From assembly GCA_002269645.1 (NCBI GenBank), contig NIVC01003736.1, forward strand, positions 1 through 39,181: 39,181 nt of DNA, given 5' to 3'. The translations under genes were made by a program, and so were the position numbers. The notes below the pieces were generated by a model. It had not been told where the DNA came from and ran no database searches. It saw only the letters and a list, made by a program, of their open reading frames with translations. This stretch comes from Macrostomum lignano. Lineage: Eukaryota. Shown here in pieces: positions 35,864-39,181 of this stretch. How positions within the stretch are numbered: position 1 is the first letter of the stretch; each line of letters opens with the position of its first letter.

Positions 35864-37891
35864 ATGCGGGAAATCGTTCACATGCAGGCTGGTCAGTGCG
35901 GCAACCAGATTGGTGCCAAGGTAAGCAGCGTATTTTATTTTATTGCCAGACTAAGCATAAATGTACAAGCGTATTATTATTTTAAAATGTAATTTCTTGC
36001 CAATTGCTTATTATAAATGCGACACTCTTTCCTTGGATATATAACAGTTCTGGGAAGTGATCTCCGATGAGCACGGGATCGACCCCACCGGCACTTATCA
36101 TGGCGATTCGGACCTACAGCTGGAGCGAATCTCTGTGTACTACAACGAAGCTACTGGCGGAAAGTACGTACCGCGGGCCATCCTGATCGACCTGGAGCCT
36201 GGAACCATGGAAAGCGTCAGAGCCAGTGCTTTTGGCATGCTTTTCCAGCCTGACAACCTCGTGTTTGGCAAGAGCGGCGCCGGCAACAACTGGGCGAAGG
36301 GCTACTACACCGAGGGCGCCGAGATCATCGACAAGGTGATGGACGCGGTCAGGAAAGAGTGCGAAGGCTGCGACTGCCTGCAGGGCTTCCAGTTGACCCA
36401 CTCGCTGGGCGGAGGCACAGGCTCGGGTATGGGCTCGCTGCTGTTGAGCAAGATCCGAGAGGAGTACCCCGACAGAATCATCATGTCGTTCTCCGTGGTG
36501 CCGTCTCCAAAGGTAGGTTCTTCTTATTTTCCTTGATAGCTGATAGGATCTATTTTATAACTTAATATCAACTAGCCAGATTTCAAGCAATGGTTAAATT
36601 TTCCCATTGATTAAAGTCATAATGATCTAACTCTTAGTGTTTTCGTCGATTTAACGTTTATAAGTAACACTTAGATGAATATTTTTGGTATTGAACTGAA
36701 CAAATAAAAAGTTTAACAAAGAAACAGATAGATAGTTTTAATTTCGTGTGAAAAATCCGCATTATAGTGGCTAATATCATTATTTGTACTTTATCTATTG
36801 CCTGGTAGCTTTCGCGTTAATTGTCTATGGCCATAGATGTGCACAGTTTAAATCTAGCTCTGGCGAAAAGAACATAGTAATATGATTTTTCAAGGACTGA
36901 GCAAGTACTCTTTTGGCTGGGAATTTTTATTTAGTTTTGATTGTGGTACTAATTGGTAAATGCATCTAATGTTAGTGCAAGTAATGTTATAATTTTTTTG
37001 GCATCGTGTAGATTATAAAAATTTCCTGTCAGTGTTTTGTTGGTGCCGAATTCATCAACGAGTTTTTTCCGAATTTCAGGTGTCCGACACAGTTGTGGAG
37101 CCTTATAACTGCATGCTGTCCCTGCACCAGCTAGTTGAAAACACTGACGAAACGTTCTGCATCGACAACGAGGCCCTCTACTACATCTGCTTTCACACGT
37201 TGAAGTTGAGCTCGCCCAGCTACGCGGATCTCAACCATCTGGTGAGCGCCGCCATGTCCGGCACAACCACCTGTTTGCGATTCCCGGGACAGCTGAATGC
37301 AGACCTGCGCAAGCTGGCTGTGAACATGGTGCCGTTCCCTCGGCTGCACTTCTTCATGCCCGGCTTCGCCCCGCTGACCGCTCGCGGCAGCTCCAGCTAC
37401 AAGCAGGTCAACGTTGCCGAGCTCACCCTGCAGATGTTCGACGCCAAGAACATGATGGCCGCCTGCGACCCCAAGCACGGCCGCTACCTCACCGTCGCTG
37501 CCATCTTCCGCGGTAGAATGTCTACTAAAGACGTTGACGAGCAGATGCTCAACCTGCAGAACAAAAACAGCTCTTACTTTGTCGAGTGGATTCCTAACAA
37601 TGTCAAAACTGCCGTGTGCGACATCCGCCTCGCGGGATGAAAATGTCCGTAACCTTCATCGGCAACTCCACCTCTATCCAGGAGCTGTTCAAGCGAGTCT
37701 CTGAGCAGTTCAGCGCCATGTTCAAGCGGAAAGCTTTCCTTCACTGGTACACCAACGAAGGCATGGACGATCACGAGTTCATGGAGGCCGAGTCCAACGT
37801 CAACGATTTGGTGTCCGAGCTGCAACAGTACCAGGATGCCACAGCGGACGATGAAGGCGAGTACGAAGAGGAGGAGGAAGAGCTTGAGTAA
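35864..37891 (+). CDS. TUBB: Beta-tubulin, divergent isotype, 3 exons (35864-35920, 36048-36512, 37080-37891), with a 1-nt frameshift at 37625-37626
   Basis: [19 protein letters not shown]|[10 protein letters not shown]...GGGTGSGMG...[12 protein letters not shown]...acidic tail [14 protein letters not shown]. Adding one C (atcc>atccc) joins ORFs 37032-37640 and 37616-37891 into the canonical CDIPPRG. Confidence 0.96.
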
Positions 37892-38689
37892 TGAGACTTG
37901 TGACAACCTTGCCAGCGGAATTGTCTCCGCTCTTTGCTGCACAAATCCTGAGGCCCACTAGCAGGTCAACTGTTTTCATTTGCTTCCCGCAGCCGGCCTC
38001 CGTCTAATATTTGAGTTTTTTTTTATTTTCTATTTTTGTAAGGTCAAAAAGGTGAACGGTTGTGATTTGGTATTGATTTCATTTTTTTGAAATTTTATTT
38101 TTGTTTTGTTTTTTACCAAAGCACGCAGTGACTTTAGTTGCTAACTTAGTTGTTTTACATTGAAAAGCGTTTGTCGCACTTCATTTTATTCGTCAGTTAG
38201 CCGCAAAATCGCAGCAGTGCCCTTGCTACTAAAGCTTTTGCAGCATAGGTTACTTTATATTGCTTTTATGCACCCCAACTGGGCACGCATGCAATTGGCT
38301 GCCCATATGAAAGTATTTTTATTTGCCATTGTGCATTTCAGCAGTCTATAGTCGAGGTATTGTCAGCACTACTTTGTTTTAATCTTTGTTTTGCGCACTA
38401 GTATTTCCACTTTTTTATGATTTATCTCACAATTGTCGTCTTTTCCCACCCGAAAAGCTTGGGGACAACTACAATACAATCGGTTTTACATTTATTTTGG
38501 ACTAGCTTCGAAACCTGAAGTTTTGATACGCTCACCGAGAGAGAGGAAAAGGCTGCATGTAGATGAGGCCATTAATTTGTTACTGAAGACTTTTGATTCT
38601 ATTTTTTTCCTAACACTTGCGCATAGTTTTTGTTTTGCATTTTACCAAATCGACGTTGAGATTCCAATGCTTACAGGGGAGTTGCTGAG

Positions 38690-39181
38690 ATACCATGGCT
38701 CACAGGGAGGGGGGATTGCTGAGATGCCAAGGCTCACAGGGGGGATTGCTGAGATGCCAAGCCTCACAGGGAGATTGCTGAGATGCCAAGGCTCACAGGA
38801 GGGGGGTTGCTGAGATGCCAAGGCTCACAGGGAGGGGGTTGCTGAGATGCCAAGGCTCACAGGGAGTGGGGTTGCTGAGATGCCAAGGCTCACAGGGAGA
38901 TTGCTGAGATGCCAAGGCTCACAGGGAGATTGCTGAGATGCCAAGGCTCACAGGGAGGGGGGTTGCTGAGATGCCAAGGCTCACAGGGAGTGGGGTTGCT
39001 GAGATGCCAAGGCTCACAGGGAGATTGCTGAGATGCCAAGGCTCACAGGGAGGGGGGGTTGCTGAGATGCCAAGCCTCACAGGGAGGGGGGATAGCTGAG
39101 ATGCCAAGGCTCACAGGGAGTGGGGTTGCTGAGATGCCAAGCTCACATGGGGGATTGCTGAGATGCAAGCTCACAGGGAGA
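38690..39181. repeat. ~29-33-bp minisatellite (ttgctgagatgccaaggctcacaggga-Gn), running off the window end
   Basis: Constant 24-nt core with a variable G-rich spacer. Confidence 0.96.

Overview
Eukaryotic (metazoan) genomic DNA with GT-AG introns, GC-rich exons and very abundant micro/minisatellites. The composition resembles the flatworm Macrostomum, but that is inference only. Left to right: (1) the 3' end of a stargazin/TARP-like gene ending in -TTPV; (2) a 2-exon thioredoxin with a WCQPC active site; (3) a complete 13.4-kb anion-selective Cys-loop receptor gene (GlyR/GluCl-like) carrying two homologous 68-nt mutually exclusive exons, 3a and 3b; (4) a 5'-incomplete ependymin-related gene with an in-frame TAG; (5) a decayed PHD-finger Mutator-like transposon nested inside an older TIR element; (6) NDUFAF4; (7) a hAT-type MITE; (8) an ankyrin-repeat Ser/Thr kinase on the minus strand with an in-frame TAG, head-to-head with (9) a divergent beta-tubulin. 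Two SINE families, a LINE 3' fragment and about 15 tandem arrays fill the introns and spacers. Most long ORFs in the supplied track are repeat artefacts. The strongest finding is the mutually exclusive exon pair. All exon coordinates were derived by hand from splice signals and frame continuity, without transcript data.
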